A stretch of DNA of 64,000 nucleotides from Octopus bimaculoides (taxonomy: Eukaryota): NCBI RefSeq assembly GCF_001194135.2, contig NC_068981.1, positions 93,696,350 to 93,760,349 of the forward strand. Direction: 5' to 3'. This document shows, one piece after another, positions 1 through 11,893 of the stretch. The translations under genes were made by a program, and so were the position numbers. The number at the start of each line of letters is the position of its first letter. Positions within the stretch are counted from its first letter, which is position 1. Under the pieces are notes generated by a model. That model had not been told where the DNA came from. It saw nothing but the letters and a program-made list of their open reading frames with translations, and did not search any database.

Positions 1-155
1 CGTGATATGAGTTCACCATGTCGCGCACATATGGTTGTGATGCATGTGCCTGGTGTACCCTTATCAGACGGGTAGTCATGATGGGCATAATGGGCTTCGT
101 ATATTTTACCCCAGTGTCACTTTGATGCCGTGCACTGCTCTCTCACTCGATAATG

Positions 156-205
<50 letters not shown>
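1..205 (+). mobile_element. 3' end of an unclassified (TAA)n-tailed interspersed repeat (probable non-LTR retroelement 3' UTR) with its (TAA)n tail
   Basis: 1-150 is the reverse complement of about 58052-58195 (gtgacactggggtaaaatatacgaagccc...catatgtgcgcgacatggtga). Both copies end in a (TAA)n run. Confidence 0.75.
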
Positions 206-210
<5 letters not shown>

Positions 211-360
211 CAACATCGAAAAATACCTTAGGAATGAGAACCCAGGTTCGAGATTTCCCCAAGACATCTCAAGAAGGCTGTAGGGTATATCAGCCGTAAC
301 GTTGTGTTAACAACAAACATGAGGACAAATATCTTTTGAATGTAAATAATGTAAATAATG
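206..360 (+). mobile_element. Penelope-like pLTR-type repeat fragment with a decayed minimal hammerhead motif (263-308)
   Basis: GACAT-CTCAAGA-A-GGCTG(10 nt loop)CAGCC-GTAA-CGTT-GTGTT. Hammerhead topology with two core substitutions and a palindromic AACGTT stem III. The link to Penelope-like elements is inference. Confidence 0.5.
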
Positions 361-569
361 TAGTACTAGTAAGTCTACCTACCACTTTCTATTCGCGTAT
401 CACTTCTGTGGTATATGTATAGCCACACACCATTTTAAGCACATTATTCGAGCCTTCCTTCCCCAAATTATAGTTAAGCTCATTCTCTGTTTATAAAACC
501 ATGCAAATATCAATACACAGAAGTTCAATCTGAGATTCAATTATATTGACCTTACCACTTTGAAACGAC

Positions 570-1530
570 CTATCTCTTCTTTCTCTTCCTCTTCTTTTTC
601 TTTCTCTTCTTCTTTCTCTTTTTTCTTCCTTTTCTTCCACTTCTTTCTCTTCTACTTCTTTCTCTTCTTTCTCTCCCTCTTCTTCCCTTCTTCCGCTTCT
701 TTCTCTTCCTTTTATTCCGCTTCTTTCTCTTCCTTTTCTTCCGCTTCTTTCTCTTCCTTTTCTTCCGCTTCTTTCTCTTCTTCTTTCTCTTCTTTTTCTC
801 TTCTTTCTCTTCTTCTCTTCCTCTTCTTTCTCTTCTTCTTTCTCTTCTTTTTCCTCTTCTTTCTCTTCATCTTCCCCCTCTCTTCCTCTTCTTTCTCTTC
901 TTTTTTCTCTTCTTTCTCTTATTTTCCTCTTTTTTCTCTTCTTCTTTTTCTCTTCTTTCTCTTCTTTTTTCTCTTCTTTCTCTTCTTTTTCTCTTCTTTC
1001 TCTTCTTTTTTCTCTTCTTTTTCTTCTTTCTCTTCTTCCTCTTCTTTTCTCTTCTTCCTCTTCTTTCTCTTCTTCATCTTCCTCTTCTTTTTCTCTTCTT
1101 TCTCTTATTTTCCTCTTCCTTCTCTTCTTTTTCTCTTCTTTTCTCTTCTTTCTCTTCTTTTCTCTTCTTTCTCTTCTTTTTTCTTCTTTTTTCTCTTCTT
1201 TTTCTTCTTCATTTTTTTCCTCTTTTCCTCTTCTTTCTCTTCTTCTCTTCCTCTTCTTTCTCTTCTTCTTTCTCTTCTTCTTTCTCCTCTTCCTCTTCTT
1301 TCTCTTCTTCATCTTCCCCCTCTCTTCCTCTACTTCCTCTTCTTTCTCTTCTTCTCTTCCTCTTCTTTCTCTTCTTCTTTCTCCTCTTCCTCTTCTTTCT
1401 CTTCTTCATCTTCCCCCTCTCTTCCTCTACTTCCTCTTCTTTCTCTTCTTCGTCTTCCTCTTCTTCTTTTTTCTTTCTCTCTCTTCTACTTTCTCTCTCT
1501 TCTACTTTCTCTTCTCCATCTTCTTCTGAC
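570..1530. repeat. About 950-bp polypyrimidine (CTT/CT)-derived low-complexity tract with internally duplicated blocks
   Basis: Almost exclusively C/T on the + strand. The block ttcttcatcttccccctctcttcctct recurs near 865, 1305 and 1405. Confidence 0.95.
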
Positions 1531-1821
1531 GATGACGACGACGACGGCGACTTAGGTCGTGTACAGTGACAGGCTTCCGCCATATCCTGTTAATTATAAA
1601 TGATTCTGGCATTGTTCCATCACTATGACTTTCAAATTTAACATTACATGTGGTCGCTGCAATTCTTCAAATAATTTTATGACTATTGGAACTTCAGACC
1701 ATCATCCGCTTTTAAAATAAAACATCACATAGAAAATTTAGTCTCATTATTTGACTCACTCGGTTACATCAACCTTAATACTTGACTAACCAGATCGTAA
1801 AGAGTCAGAATGAAATATTAA

Positions 1822-2035
1822 TTTCAAATTTTGGCACAAGGCTAGCTATTTCAGGGGTGGAGGTGAGACGATTACATCGACCCACAGTACTCAACTGGTA
1901 CTTATTTTATCGTCCCCGAAATGATGAAAGACAAAGTTGACCTCTAAGGAATATGAACTCAGAACGTAAGGATAGACGAAATGCCGCTATGCATTTAGCC
2001 CGGCGTGTATAACGATTCTGCCGGCTCATCGTCTT
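1822..2035 (-). mobile_element. SINE family A copy (3' end type ...gtgccaaaatttgaaa)
   Basis: Reverse complement aligns with the A copies at 51336 and 59381 (gcagaatcgtt...gagttcaaattcc...gataaaataagtaccag...gtcgatgtaatcg). Confidence 0.85.
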
Positions 2036-2261
2036 GTGCTAGGTATGTTGACCAATGCTCGAACAATTCTGCTAATGCAGGGATTTCTCCTAACTAATCA
2101 ATTCGGAAAAAAAAATAAACAACTACAAAGTAAAAATTTGGAGGGGAGGATTAATCGATTAAACTAACTCCACTACATGACTGGTATTTATTTAATCGCT
2201 CGAAGGATTCTGTCAATCTACCATCTTTAACGAAAAATCGTTTGAAGGACCTCTTCACTCT

Positions 2262-2639
2262 ACATCGTTGGCACTCCGTCGGTTACGACGACGAGGGTTC
2301 CAGCTGATCCGATCAACGGAACAGCCTGCTAGTGAAATTAACGTGCAAGTGGCTGAGCACTCCACAGACACGTGTACCCATAACGTAGTTCTCGGGGAAG
2401 ATTCAGCGTGACACAGGGTGTGACAAGGCTAGCCCTTTGAAATACAGGTACAACAGAAACAGGAAGAAAGAGTGAGAGAAAGTTATAGTGAAAGAGTACA
2501 GCAGGGTTTGCCACCATCCCCTGCCAGAGCCTCAGGTGTTTTCGTTCAATAAACACTCACAACGCCCGGTCTTGGAATCGAAACCGCGATCCTACGACCG
2601 CGAATACGCTGCCCTAACCACTGGGCCATTGCGCCTCCA
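2262..2639 (-). mobile_element. tRNA-derived SINE family C, near full length
   Basis: Minus-strand head has an A box (TGGCCCAGTGG) and a B box (GTTTCGATTCC). The 3' about 200 bp is shared with the D copies at 23621, 36612 and 55141. Confidence 0.85.
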
Positions 2640-2699
2640 CTCACTCTACATTATATATTATGAAAAGACAATTTGCGATGATCCATTTCTCGACCAAGA

Positions 2700-2700
2700 T

Positions 2701-2778
<78 letters not shown>
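2700..2778. repeat. (TAC)n-(TGC)n compound microsatellite
   Basis: Seen directly. Confidence 0.95.
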
Positions 2779-2779
<1 letters not shown>

Positions 2780-3102
2780 ATATATGTTCAAATTTCTTTT
2801 CCCACGGATCCCAGCTTTTTGAAAGCTCCGCCTACACAAGAATTTTTTATCCCAGATCACAGACCGACTCATATTTAATACCGCTACCTTTACTAATCTC
2901 AGATTATAAGCCGAGGATTTAACAGCATAATTGAATTGAACGTTGCAAACTGAATTAAATATCAAAAGGAAGAAAGGTTTACTTTCATTTTTTATGTATT
3001 ACTTCCAACTAGAGAACCACATACCAACTTTCCTGCTTAATTGTTTATCAATATCTCACACTTCATTTACATATAGAACTCAGACCTAGATAATTTATGC
3101 TG

Positions 3103-3140
<38 letters not shown>

Positions 3141-3422
3141 TGAAGGCGCATGACTCAGTGGCTAGAGCGTCGGACTCACAATCATGAGGTAATGAGTTCG
3201 ATTCCCCGACCGGTCTGAGTTCTTGAACAAGACACTTTATTTCATGTAGCTCCAATTCACTCAGCTGTAATAATGAGTTGCGGCGTCACTGGTGCCAAGC
3301 TGTTTCTGCCTTGGATAACATTGGTGGCACGGAGAGGGGAAGCTGGTATGCTTGGACTTGTGCCTCGTAGAGTAACTTTCTAGGTGCAATCCCATGGTCA
3401 TGCATGACCAAAGGGGATCTTT
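3141..3422 (+). mobile_element. tRNA-derived SINE family B
   Basis: A box TGACTCAGTGG and B box GTTCGATTCC. Central ttgaacaagacactttatttca...cactcagctg block shared with D and E, and a distinct 3' tail. Confidence 0.85.
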
Positions 3423-3544
3423 ATCATTTTACCTTTATTGAAAACAAATGCAAACATTTTTTTTTTAATTGTAACAAGGCCACTTCTGTAACCGGAAATA
3501 GACCCTTTCCATATTACTGGTACATATATTTCTTTTTATTGTAG

Positions 3545-3731
3545 GTGCAGATGTGGCTGTGAGGTACGAAGTTTCTCACCGACCATATGATTCCGGACTC
3601 AGTTCTATTGCGTGGCATCTTGGGCAAGTGTCTTCTACTATAACCCCGAGCTGACCATATGCTACACGGAGACTGAAAGAAGCCCGTCGTATATATATAT
3701 ATATATATACATGCATACGTATATACATACT

Positions 3732-3762
<31 letters not shown>

Positions 3763-3930
3763 TCCCACTGCTTGACAACCGGTACTGGTTGTATCTTAGC
3801 AGTTCGGCCAAAAGACGGATAAAAAAAGTACCGGGCTTTAAAAAGACGTACTCGGTTAAATTCTTTCGAATAAGCCACTTCAAGACGGTGTTGCAGCATA
3901 GCCTCAGTCCAATGACTGAAACAGAAGTGA
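3545..3930 (+). mobile_element. SINE family F with internal (TA)n/(TG)n microsatellite
   Basis: tRNA-like head, then gggcaagtgtcttctactata...actgaaagaagcccgtcg, a microsatellite, and a 3' half ending aatgactgaaac. Matches 17090-17502. Confidence 0.8.
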
Positions 3931-3964
3931 GATTTGTGGTAAGGTGGCTAGTCAGTTACATAAA

Positions 3965-4115
3965 CCCTGGTACTGAACTTGTACTTATTTTATCGACTCT
4001 GTAAAAATAAAAGGAAAAGTCAAGCCCAATGCAGTTTACACTCAGAACGTAAAAAGCCAGAAGAAATACCACTAGGCATTTTGTCCTATGTGCTAACGAT
4101 TCTGCCAGGTCGCCT
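3965..4115 (-). mobile_element. Decayed SINE family A copy
   Basis: gtacttattttatcgac...ctcagaacgtaaa...ctaacgattctgccag. Confidence 0.7.
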
Positions 4116-5137
4116 TGCATTAAAACTTAGATAAAACTTAGATATGTTTCGACCAAAGATTGGTCCAGGCCATGTCTAACTTAATAGCACCACCTGATGC
4201 CATTGACCAGAAAGTATAAGAAACACAAAACCAGTGGAATTTGAACACACAAGAAATTAAACAGATATACAAATTCGACAACCCATGTAAAAAAAGAAAA
4301 AAGCTTTAAACTTACTATAAAGGTGATACTTTCAAACTACAACTAATCTTCTTTCTATTCTCCGGTTTTCGTTTTCTTCATTTTGCAATTTTCTCTCAAA
4401 CATTTGATCATTCTTTTCTTGGAGTTTCTATTGCCAATAAATGTTGAGAATCAGCATTGAAATTAAGCATGTGATACTTTCACTTAGGCACACAACATAT
4501 TCATACATTTCATAGAATATTATTTTAACATACACTGGGTAAAGCAAAACCTGGAGGTTATTAATCTATTTCAAACGAATCCATTCACTTGATTGGTGAG
4601 CCTATTTACAAGCACGGAAATTATTTTATGAAATCTCCTACAATAAATTTCTTCTCTTTCTCTTCCTTCTTCTTCTTCTTCTTCTTCTTCTTCTTCTTCT
4701 TCTTCTTCTTCTTCTTCTACTACTACTACTACTATTTTCTACTCTTCATCTACACTTCTGTTTTTCTTTACTCTCGATCAAATATTACTTCATATTGTCC
4801 GCCTTCTTTCTACTTTTAACTCCTTTTTTTTTTCGTTTCTGTTCTGCATTTCCTTTCTCCTCGTATTGTTGTTCTCCTTCTTCATCACTGCTTTCTTCTT
4901 TTTATCCTTCTCCTCCTTCTTCGTCTTTTTATTTCCATTCTTTCAATAATATTATCTTTATTACCAACTCCTGTGGAATTTCCATGTTTTTACAAATATT
5001 CTCATTTCTATTTTTAATCATTTATAGATCTCCATAGCATTGTTTCATCATAAATGATATCGATTATGCGGTCAAGTTTGTCCCATACTTAAAGTTACAA
5101 CATTCAAACTTGTTTCATTACATTAAAAAGTGTGTTT

Positions 5138-5344
5138 GAGGCAGCGAGCTGGTACAATCGTAAGAAGGCCGTGCAAAATGCTTCGCAGCATTCCGTCCGT
5201 CCTTAGGGTCCGAGTTCAAATTTGGCCGAGGTCGAGTTTCGGGATCCATAAAATAAGTACCAATTAAGTACTTATTTTAGGGGTTGATGAAATTGACTTA
5301 CCCCCTCCACGAAATTGCTGGCTTTGTGCCAAAATTTGTAACCG
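5138..5344 (+). mobile_element. SINE family A copy
   Basis: aggcagcgagctggtacaatcg...gagttcaaatttggccgaggtcg...gtgccaaaatttg. Confidence 0.85.
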
Positions 5345-5440
5345 TTATGTTAAAACTGTCTTATTTCTACCATTTCGTTCCATAATTGTTAAAGCATAAT
5401 ACTCAAGCATAACATAACATTAAGTTCGTTCAGTCTTGCC

Positions 5441-5509
5441 TCTCTTAGGTACATCTCATTGACAAGAGTCAAAATACTCGAAACATCGATGTCTGTGATT
5501 CCTAACAGA
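5441..5509 (+). ncRNA. Type I hammerhead ribozyme with U3-A8 core variant; predicted cleavage after GUC at 5493
   Basis: Core TTGACAA at 5459-5465. Stem II GAGT/ACTC with loop CAAAAT. GAAA at 5480-5483. Stem III is the palindrome ACATCGATGT (5483-5492), with C17 at 5493. Stem I is ATCTCA/TGTGAT plus TTAGG/CCTAA separated by a TAC bulge. Confidence 0.8.
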
Positions 5510-5704
5510 TGGTGACACTAAACGAACTAGGTGTTTTCACACCATTTTACCATAAGAGAGAATGTTTTCTCCACGGCAACTGCAGTGTATTTGCCTTTTA
5601 GCAGTTGAAATATGTGACAAAGATATTTCCACTAACATAGATTTTGCTCATACCTAAACACTGCTTTGCGCCATTGATTCGTTGTTTGCCTTGATCGGGC
5701 GATC

Positions 5705-5817
5705 TACGAGCGGTAAGTTACAGGGATGTAAACACACCAGCAACAGTTGTCAAGCGATGTTGGGCGGACAAACACAGACACACAAACATATACACACACA
5801 CATAAATATATATATAT
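5705..5817 (-). mobile_element. SINE family F 3'-half fragment running into a (TA)n/gap
   Basis: gcggtaagttacagggatgtaaacacaccagc...tgtcaagcgatgttggg is the reverse complement of the F 3' half. Confidence 0.75.
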
Positions 5818-6790
5818 NNNNNNNNNNNNNNNNNNNNNNNNNNNNNNNNNNNNNNNNNNNNNNNNNNNNNNNNNNNNNNNNNNNNNNNNNNNNNNNNNNN
5901 NNNNNNNNNNNNNNNNNNNNNNNNNNNNNNNNNNNNNNNNNNNNNNNNNNNNNNNNNNNNNNNNNNNNNNNNNNNNNNNNNNNNNNNNNNNNNNNNNNNN
6001 NNNNNNNNNNNNNNNNNNNNNNNNNNNNNNNNNNNNNNNNNNNNNNNNNNNNNNNNNNNNNNNNNNNNNNNNNNNNNNNNNNNNNNNNNNNNNNNNNNNN
6101 NNNNNNNNNNNNNNNNNNNNNNNNNNNNNNNNNNNNNNNNNNNNNNNNNNNNNNNNNNNNNNNNNNNNNNNNNNNNNNNNNNNNNNNNNNNNNNTGTGTG
6201 TGTGTGTGTGTGTGTATATGTATGTATGTATCCATTTACTGAAATGCACAATATTGGGGAGAAAAACCTTGTTTTAAAGAGATACTGGCAATTTTCAATT
6301 GGTCTAAGCAAGTTGATTAACTCAGAATTATTCCATCAAAGTCATCCGGATAAAAGTTCAAGTGGAACTTGTTTAAAAACGGGCAAGAATACAAATAATT
6401 GTAATATAATTTTACTCAAGCATGTTTTCCCCTTTTTTACTAAGAAAAGTGTGTTTTCAAAATACGATGCTAATTTATAAAATTAATCTAAATAAATTAT
6501 TTTTCTAATCAGTAATTTTTTTTTAATAACTGCACTGCTTGGGTCTAAAGAATACTGTTAGTTTTTCTAAGAATCTTAAAATATTAGAAAGAATAACATA
6601 GTTTCTGACTTTCCACATGAAGACTATAAAGACTATAAAGAACGATCCAACAGTTGAGTGGCCTAGATTGTGGAATATATAGCTTCACCTGTATATCATA
6701 AGCTATGTGTGTTTGTGTGTGTATGAGGGTCTCAGTTTGAGTATGTGTGTGTGTGTGAACATGTATTTTATTTATGTATATGTATTTACA

Positions 6791-7198
6791 GGGCAACGCG
6801 CAGGTAGGATTGTCTGTGCATCGAAAAAATGCTCAACAGCATTTCTTCCGATTTTACGTTTTGTGTTCAAATTGCTCCGAAGTCGACTTTGTACTTCGTC
6901 CTTCGAAGTCGATAAAATAAGTACCAGTGAAACACTTATGTCGCGTAATCGACTAACCCTCCCCCCAAATTTTAGGTCCTGTGCTTATAGTAGAAAGTAA
7001 TATATATGTATTTATCGGGCGACGAGCTGTCAGAATCATTACGGCACCAGACAAAATGCTTGGCGGCACTTCGTCTGGCTCTTTACGTTTTGAATTCAAA
7101 TTCTCTAGAAATTGACTTTGCCTTTTATTCCTTTATTTCAGCATTGGGGTCGATGTAATCGCATAGAAACTTTCAGGCCTTGTGCCTATAGTAGAGCG
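6791..7198 (+). mobile_element. Two head-to-tail SINE family A copies bracketed and separated by the same ATATGTATTTA repeat
   Basis: Copies at 6791-6997 and 7017-7198. ATATGTATTTA occurs at 6778-6788, 7004-7014 and 7205-7215. Confidence 0.8.
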
Positions 7199-7729
7199 AA
7201 TTGCATATGTATTTAAGATAAGATAATTAGTTGGACAGTTAGAAGTAGATTTTCAATCCGTCTTACATATCTAAGACACCGACGTATTCGTAGACATACA
7301 AAGCTGGCTTTGATAAATCCGGTATTTATTTTATCTCGAAATGTGTAATTATATGTCATTGTTTTGTTTAGTATGTTTTTTTCAAATTTCCTTTGAAGAA
7401 GGAAATGTCTTGTAATTTTGTTCTCACTTCTATCAAAACCACTGTGTACATTTCTAGAGATAATCATATAATGTAATGGTCTTGTTCTTTATCTTGTTGT
7501 TGATATATGCTAAACTTCGTGATATTTTGAACAAAAACAATTCAACGAATTATTTTATCTATAAAAATGCCTATAAAGATACAAATAGATGTCTTCGTGT
7601 ATGTAAATATCATTTTATATAACAAGCCATAAATTTATGTATGTACACATAATATACATATAAGTAAACACACCACACATAAGCACGCACATGCACACGC
7701 ACAAATACAGAGTACACAAACATGCCTAG

Positions 7730-7788
7730 GTAAATATATGTGTGTGTGCTTATGTTTGCTTGTATACATATATGTGTAACTGTGTGTG

Positions 7789-7821
<33 letters not shown>

Positions 7822-7903
7822 ACATAAATATGTAACAGACAGACGGGTGGACGGACGGACAACATATAAGCAGACATACAGACAGGCAAACAGACGGACA
7901 ACG

Positions 7904-7961
<58 letters not shown>

Positions 7962-7983
7962 CAGACGGACGGATGGACGGAAG

Positions 7984-8079
<96 letters not shown>

Positions 8080-8080
8080 T
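7730..8080. repeat. (GT)n, (GACA)n and (GATA)n microsatellite cluster
   Basis: Seen directly. Confidence 0.95.
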
Positions 8081-9309
8081 GAATTGACTACACATCTGCA
8101 GACTGGAAAAGAATATATTGTGCCGAAGGGGTTAAATATACCGCAACATATAACCATAAACTGGATTTGCTTGAAGGAGAGATCTTGAAGGTCGCTGAAA
8201 TTTTCTGAGAGAGCAAAGAAGGCAGGTAAGTTGTTGGTCATTAAATCTCAACACTCTACTATTAGAGAACTTGCTAATCCTATAAATATGTCTCCGCACT
8301 ACATAAGGAAAAACCTTAGTTTGTAACAAGAAATTGCTAGTATGTAGTTGATGGGTTAAAATTTGTTCAACTGTTCTTAATTATACTGCAGCAAGGAAGA
8401 TGAGTTTTGGTAGTTGTAAATATTGTCTGATTAAAGTAAATTCTGCAATTTTCTTACCCAAAGGAACCGGATTTAGTTCTGGTTGAGTCACTTCCTTCAA
8501 ACGGCTACTTTAAATATTTTGAATATGTCAATGTACTGCTCGCTATCCATTGCACAGCCATATTGCAGAGAATAATGCGTTTTCCATACCTAAAAAGGTA
8601 ACCCTGACTTTCTGTACTGATTCCTAGCTTTTGAACTTCTTTTGCTTTGGAGAAGAAGCGTGATGTTATTCCGTGTACTGATCTTTTGTTTCCAGATAAA
8701 AAAGATACGCCCAAGTTCATTGATCATCACCAGCTCAAACAGCTACATGTTTTCATTAGCTTCAAACTATTCCGGTAAATCAGATCAGACTTCGAGCTTT
8801 CGCTTCTTCAACTACCGAGGAACACATTTTCCAGACACTTTCCGATACCCAAAGACTTCCATACTCTTATGTAATACGCTGTAACCACAGTCCAGTTGTG
8901 CAACAAGATCATGGATTGTGATTTTCCTGTCCACGTCTTTATCGAAAATTAGCATCTATTCATTTTGAGTCAATGCATTTTTTTTTCAAATGTTTCTGAA
9001 GGAACCTTTGTCACTTTTAGGTTAACTTTGATCTTGTTCTTGATTTCAGTCAGGACTTCCTGCGTTTCTCCTTTCATCTTGGACATAGCTATGCATCAGG
9101 ACATTTGAAATAGTGATGTCATCAGAATGGTGACATCACTAATCCATCTTAATTGGGATTGCAAAGTAGAGAATTCATTACACCAATTTTACATTTATAG
9201 AATATGTCAGTATATGCAAATGATTCGAAGACATCACTTATGAAAAACATCAAAATTTTTGAGATGAAATAAGATTCCCATCTGTACAGGAGAAGAAAAA
9301 GGACTACAA

Positions 9310-9925
9310 CTCAAAAAACCTTAGCTTTGAGGTTTAATGAGGTTTTCCATTCAACCGACAGACGATGATGATGTTTGCCGAAAGATTCGGCTATTTCATT
9401 ATCAAGAAACACATTTGAGTTCACTCTACTCATCAGATAGGTGAAGGTTTTTGCCATCGTAAATGATGAACTGATGATCTGGTTATTGCTTTGTACTTCT
9501 GATTTGCTTACGGATTTGCTTCTGATTTGCTTACGGATGAGAATTAGCTGGTGAACGACTTCGGTCATTTTAATGCTGATGATGATTCTTTAAGGTTTAC
9601 TCGCGTCAAAGAAAGAATCAACAACTATCTGTGCTTCTTTGATAGATGTTGCAACAAATGCAGCATTGTCAGCAAACAAGCAGTCACATATCATTGCCAT
9701 TCGCACAAGTGTTTTGACCTTTTTCAAACGATGCGATGGGTAATTGAAGAGAGCACCAATTGGGCATGTACACATGAATCGAAAACATCCTATGTATAGT
9801 TGGAACAACATAACGCAACAAAAATGTACAAAAAATCTGGGGCCATGACATAACCCTATTTTGTGTAGTTTGAAACGTCAAAGGATCTGTAAATTGATCA
9901 TATGATAAAATACATGCTTTCATTT
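9310..9925 (-). mobile_element. Decayed RTE-clade LINE reverse-transcriptase fragment
   Basis: Minus-strand peptides ...ALFN...RLKKVKTLVR...CLFADNAAFVA...FFDASKP and FTYLMSRVNSNVFLDNEI resemble RTE RT (LFADDAALVA; FTYLGS...LDNEI). Frameshifted. Confidence 0.8.
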
Positions 9926-10069
9926 CTACATGATGATATCTAACATTTTATCAGATATACCAATACTTTTTAGAATTATCCAAAACAAGCAACCTAACGT
10001 AGAATAGCATATTTGCATTCATAATTCTATACATATAAATTCATATATATGTGTGTATGTGTGTGTGAA

Positions 10070-10185
10070 GATGTGTGGCCTATTCATTAGGATTTCGATT
10101 CCAATATCGGTGGTGTGTTGTGTTCTGGAGCAAAACATTTCATTTCACATTGCTCCAGTCCACTGAGCTGTAAATAGATAACCCT
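10070..10185 (+). mobile_element. SINE fragment carrying the central domain shared by families B, D and E
   Basis: tgtgttgtgttctggagcaaaacatttcatttcacattgctccagtccactgagctg. Confidence 0.7.
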
Positions 10186-10845
10186 CAGACAGACGGGCGT
10201 TCTGTTCTGGGGTAATGTTGACCAGCCTGCCTAGCCGGCAGCTTGGCATCATTCGTAAGGAAGTGCATTATGACCAGTGGTGTATAAAAACATCCGATAG
10301 AATAGTACAGTGATATATACATACATGCATGGGCATAATTATGTGTATATGTGTGTGTGCGCGCGCGTGTACATGTATACATGTATTTACAGAAATATTC
10401 GAAATGTCAAAGAAAAGGGGAACGTAATGTATGTCTGTTTAACTGTTTAGGATAAGATATTTTTACTCGAAATTTCAGAACTAATTAACTATTAACACAA
10501 TATCCTCGTTTTGCTATTTTATATTTTTAATGTTCTACCTGCATTGCTATTATCTTCTATAACACTGATTTTCACAATTATACATATACATTTAATTATA
10601 TAAGGATTTTCATTGTGCGATTGTATGTTTAATATTGTGTGATACAAGCTATCATGTATTTAATTTGTATAAGTACATCTGTATGCGTCTGTGCTTACGT
10701 ATGTGTGTTTCTTTATTCGTTTCTTTGTTGTAGATATTTCATCGAATTACTTTTTTTCATTATAAATACCACGAATGTTATTACGTGCCAATAACTAGCT
10801 AAAAAGCATACCCATTAAATATTATGATTATCTATCTATCTATTT

Positions 10846-10876
<31 letters not shown>

Positions 10877-11759
10877 NNNNNNNNNNNNNNNNNNNNNNNN
10901 NNNNNNNNNNNNNNNNNNNNNNNNNNNNNNNNNNNNNNNNNNNNNNNNATATATAATGTTTTTGGTGAAAGTTAGAACAAGATTTGAAAACAATTCTTTC
11001 TTCAAAAGAATTATGGAGAAAGCAAAACAGTGAAGAATAATTACAACACTTCGAGATAAAATGAATCACAGATTTATCAAAACCAACTTTATCTCTGTCT
11101 ACAAATGTGTCAGTGGCTTACATATGTAATGTGGTGGAGTTGAAAACAACATCGTTCAATGGACATTATCAAAGCAATTATTAGACGATCACCATCTATC
11201 TGACTGCCCAAGCGACTATCTATTTTATTCACGCATATACATTTGAGAGGTTAGGATCCAAACATATATATGCGTACACTTACTTATGTCAAAACATATA
11301 TAAGCATGCTAAATTCTATGTATTCATTCGTACATGCATGCACATTATACACGGATACATATTACATACATACATGCATGATTATCGTGTTGTTGACGAA
11401 ATTTCTGGGTTTGAAACCGACTCTTTTTTCATTGGTAAGATATTCAAACGGTAAAACCAGACAAAACCAAATATACCAACATAAATACGAATGGTAATGC
11501 CTCACCATAGCCGCAGTTGTCGAGCTGAAACTAGAAAAAGATAAATACATACATATGTACGTATGTATGTATGTATGTATGTATGTATGTACGTATGTAT
11601 GTATGTTCAGTTTTATTTCAAGATTTCTTGCCAATAGAGAAAGAACCGGTTTCTAACCTGGATTCTTTGGAATTTCATCAACAACAACAGGGTGTTTTTG
11701 TTTGTATGTATATGTGCAGATTTGTATGTGTTGTTTTATGTATGTATTCTCATACCGTC

Positions 11760-11893
11760 GTATGTGTATATGTTTGTGTGTCTGTGTTTGTCCCCCCAAC
11801 ATCGCTTGACAGCTGATGCTGGTGTGTTTACGTCCCTGTCACCTAGCGGTTCGGCATGAGAGACCGATAGGATAAGTACTAGGCTTACAAAGC
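11760..11893 (+). mobile_element. SINE family F 3'-half fragment
   Basis: tttgtccccccaacatcgcttgacagctgatgctggtgtgtttacgtcc...gataagtactaggcttacaaag. Confidence 0.8.

Noticed and set aside
491-1583. Long ORFs of 273, 331 and 124 aa
   Set aside because: They are translations of a CTT/CT low-complexity tract that lacks stop codons by composition.
1530-1680. Protein-like minus-strand frame IAATTCNVKFESHSDGTMPESFIINRIWRKPVTVHDL
   Set aside because: Preceded by an in-frame stop, no convincing splice sites, and no homology I recognise.
2575-3210. tRNA-like sequences with A and B boxes
   Set aside because: They are SINE heads continuous with SINE bodies, with no complete acceptor stem.
4138-4176. 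Minus-strand hammerhead-like GACCA/TGGTC-GAAA-CATATC
   Set aside because: The CUGAnGA core lacks four bases and there is no stem I. At best a relic.
8110-8900. GGGGTTAA piggyBac-like end and a protein-like frame (ALEKKRDVIPCTDLLFPDKK...)
   Set aside because: No partner TIR, internal stops, and no recognisable motif.
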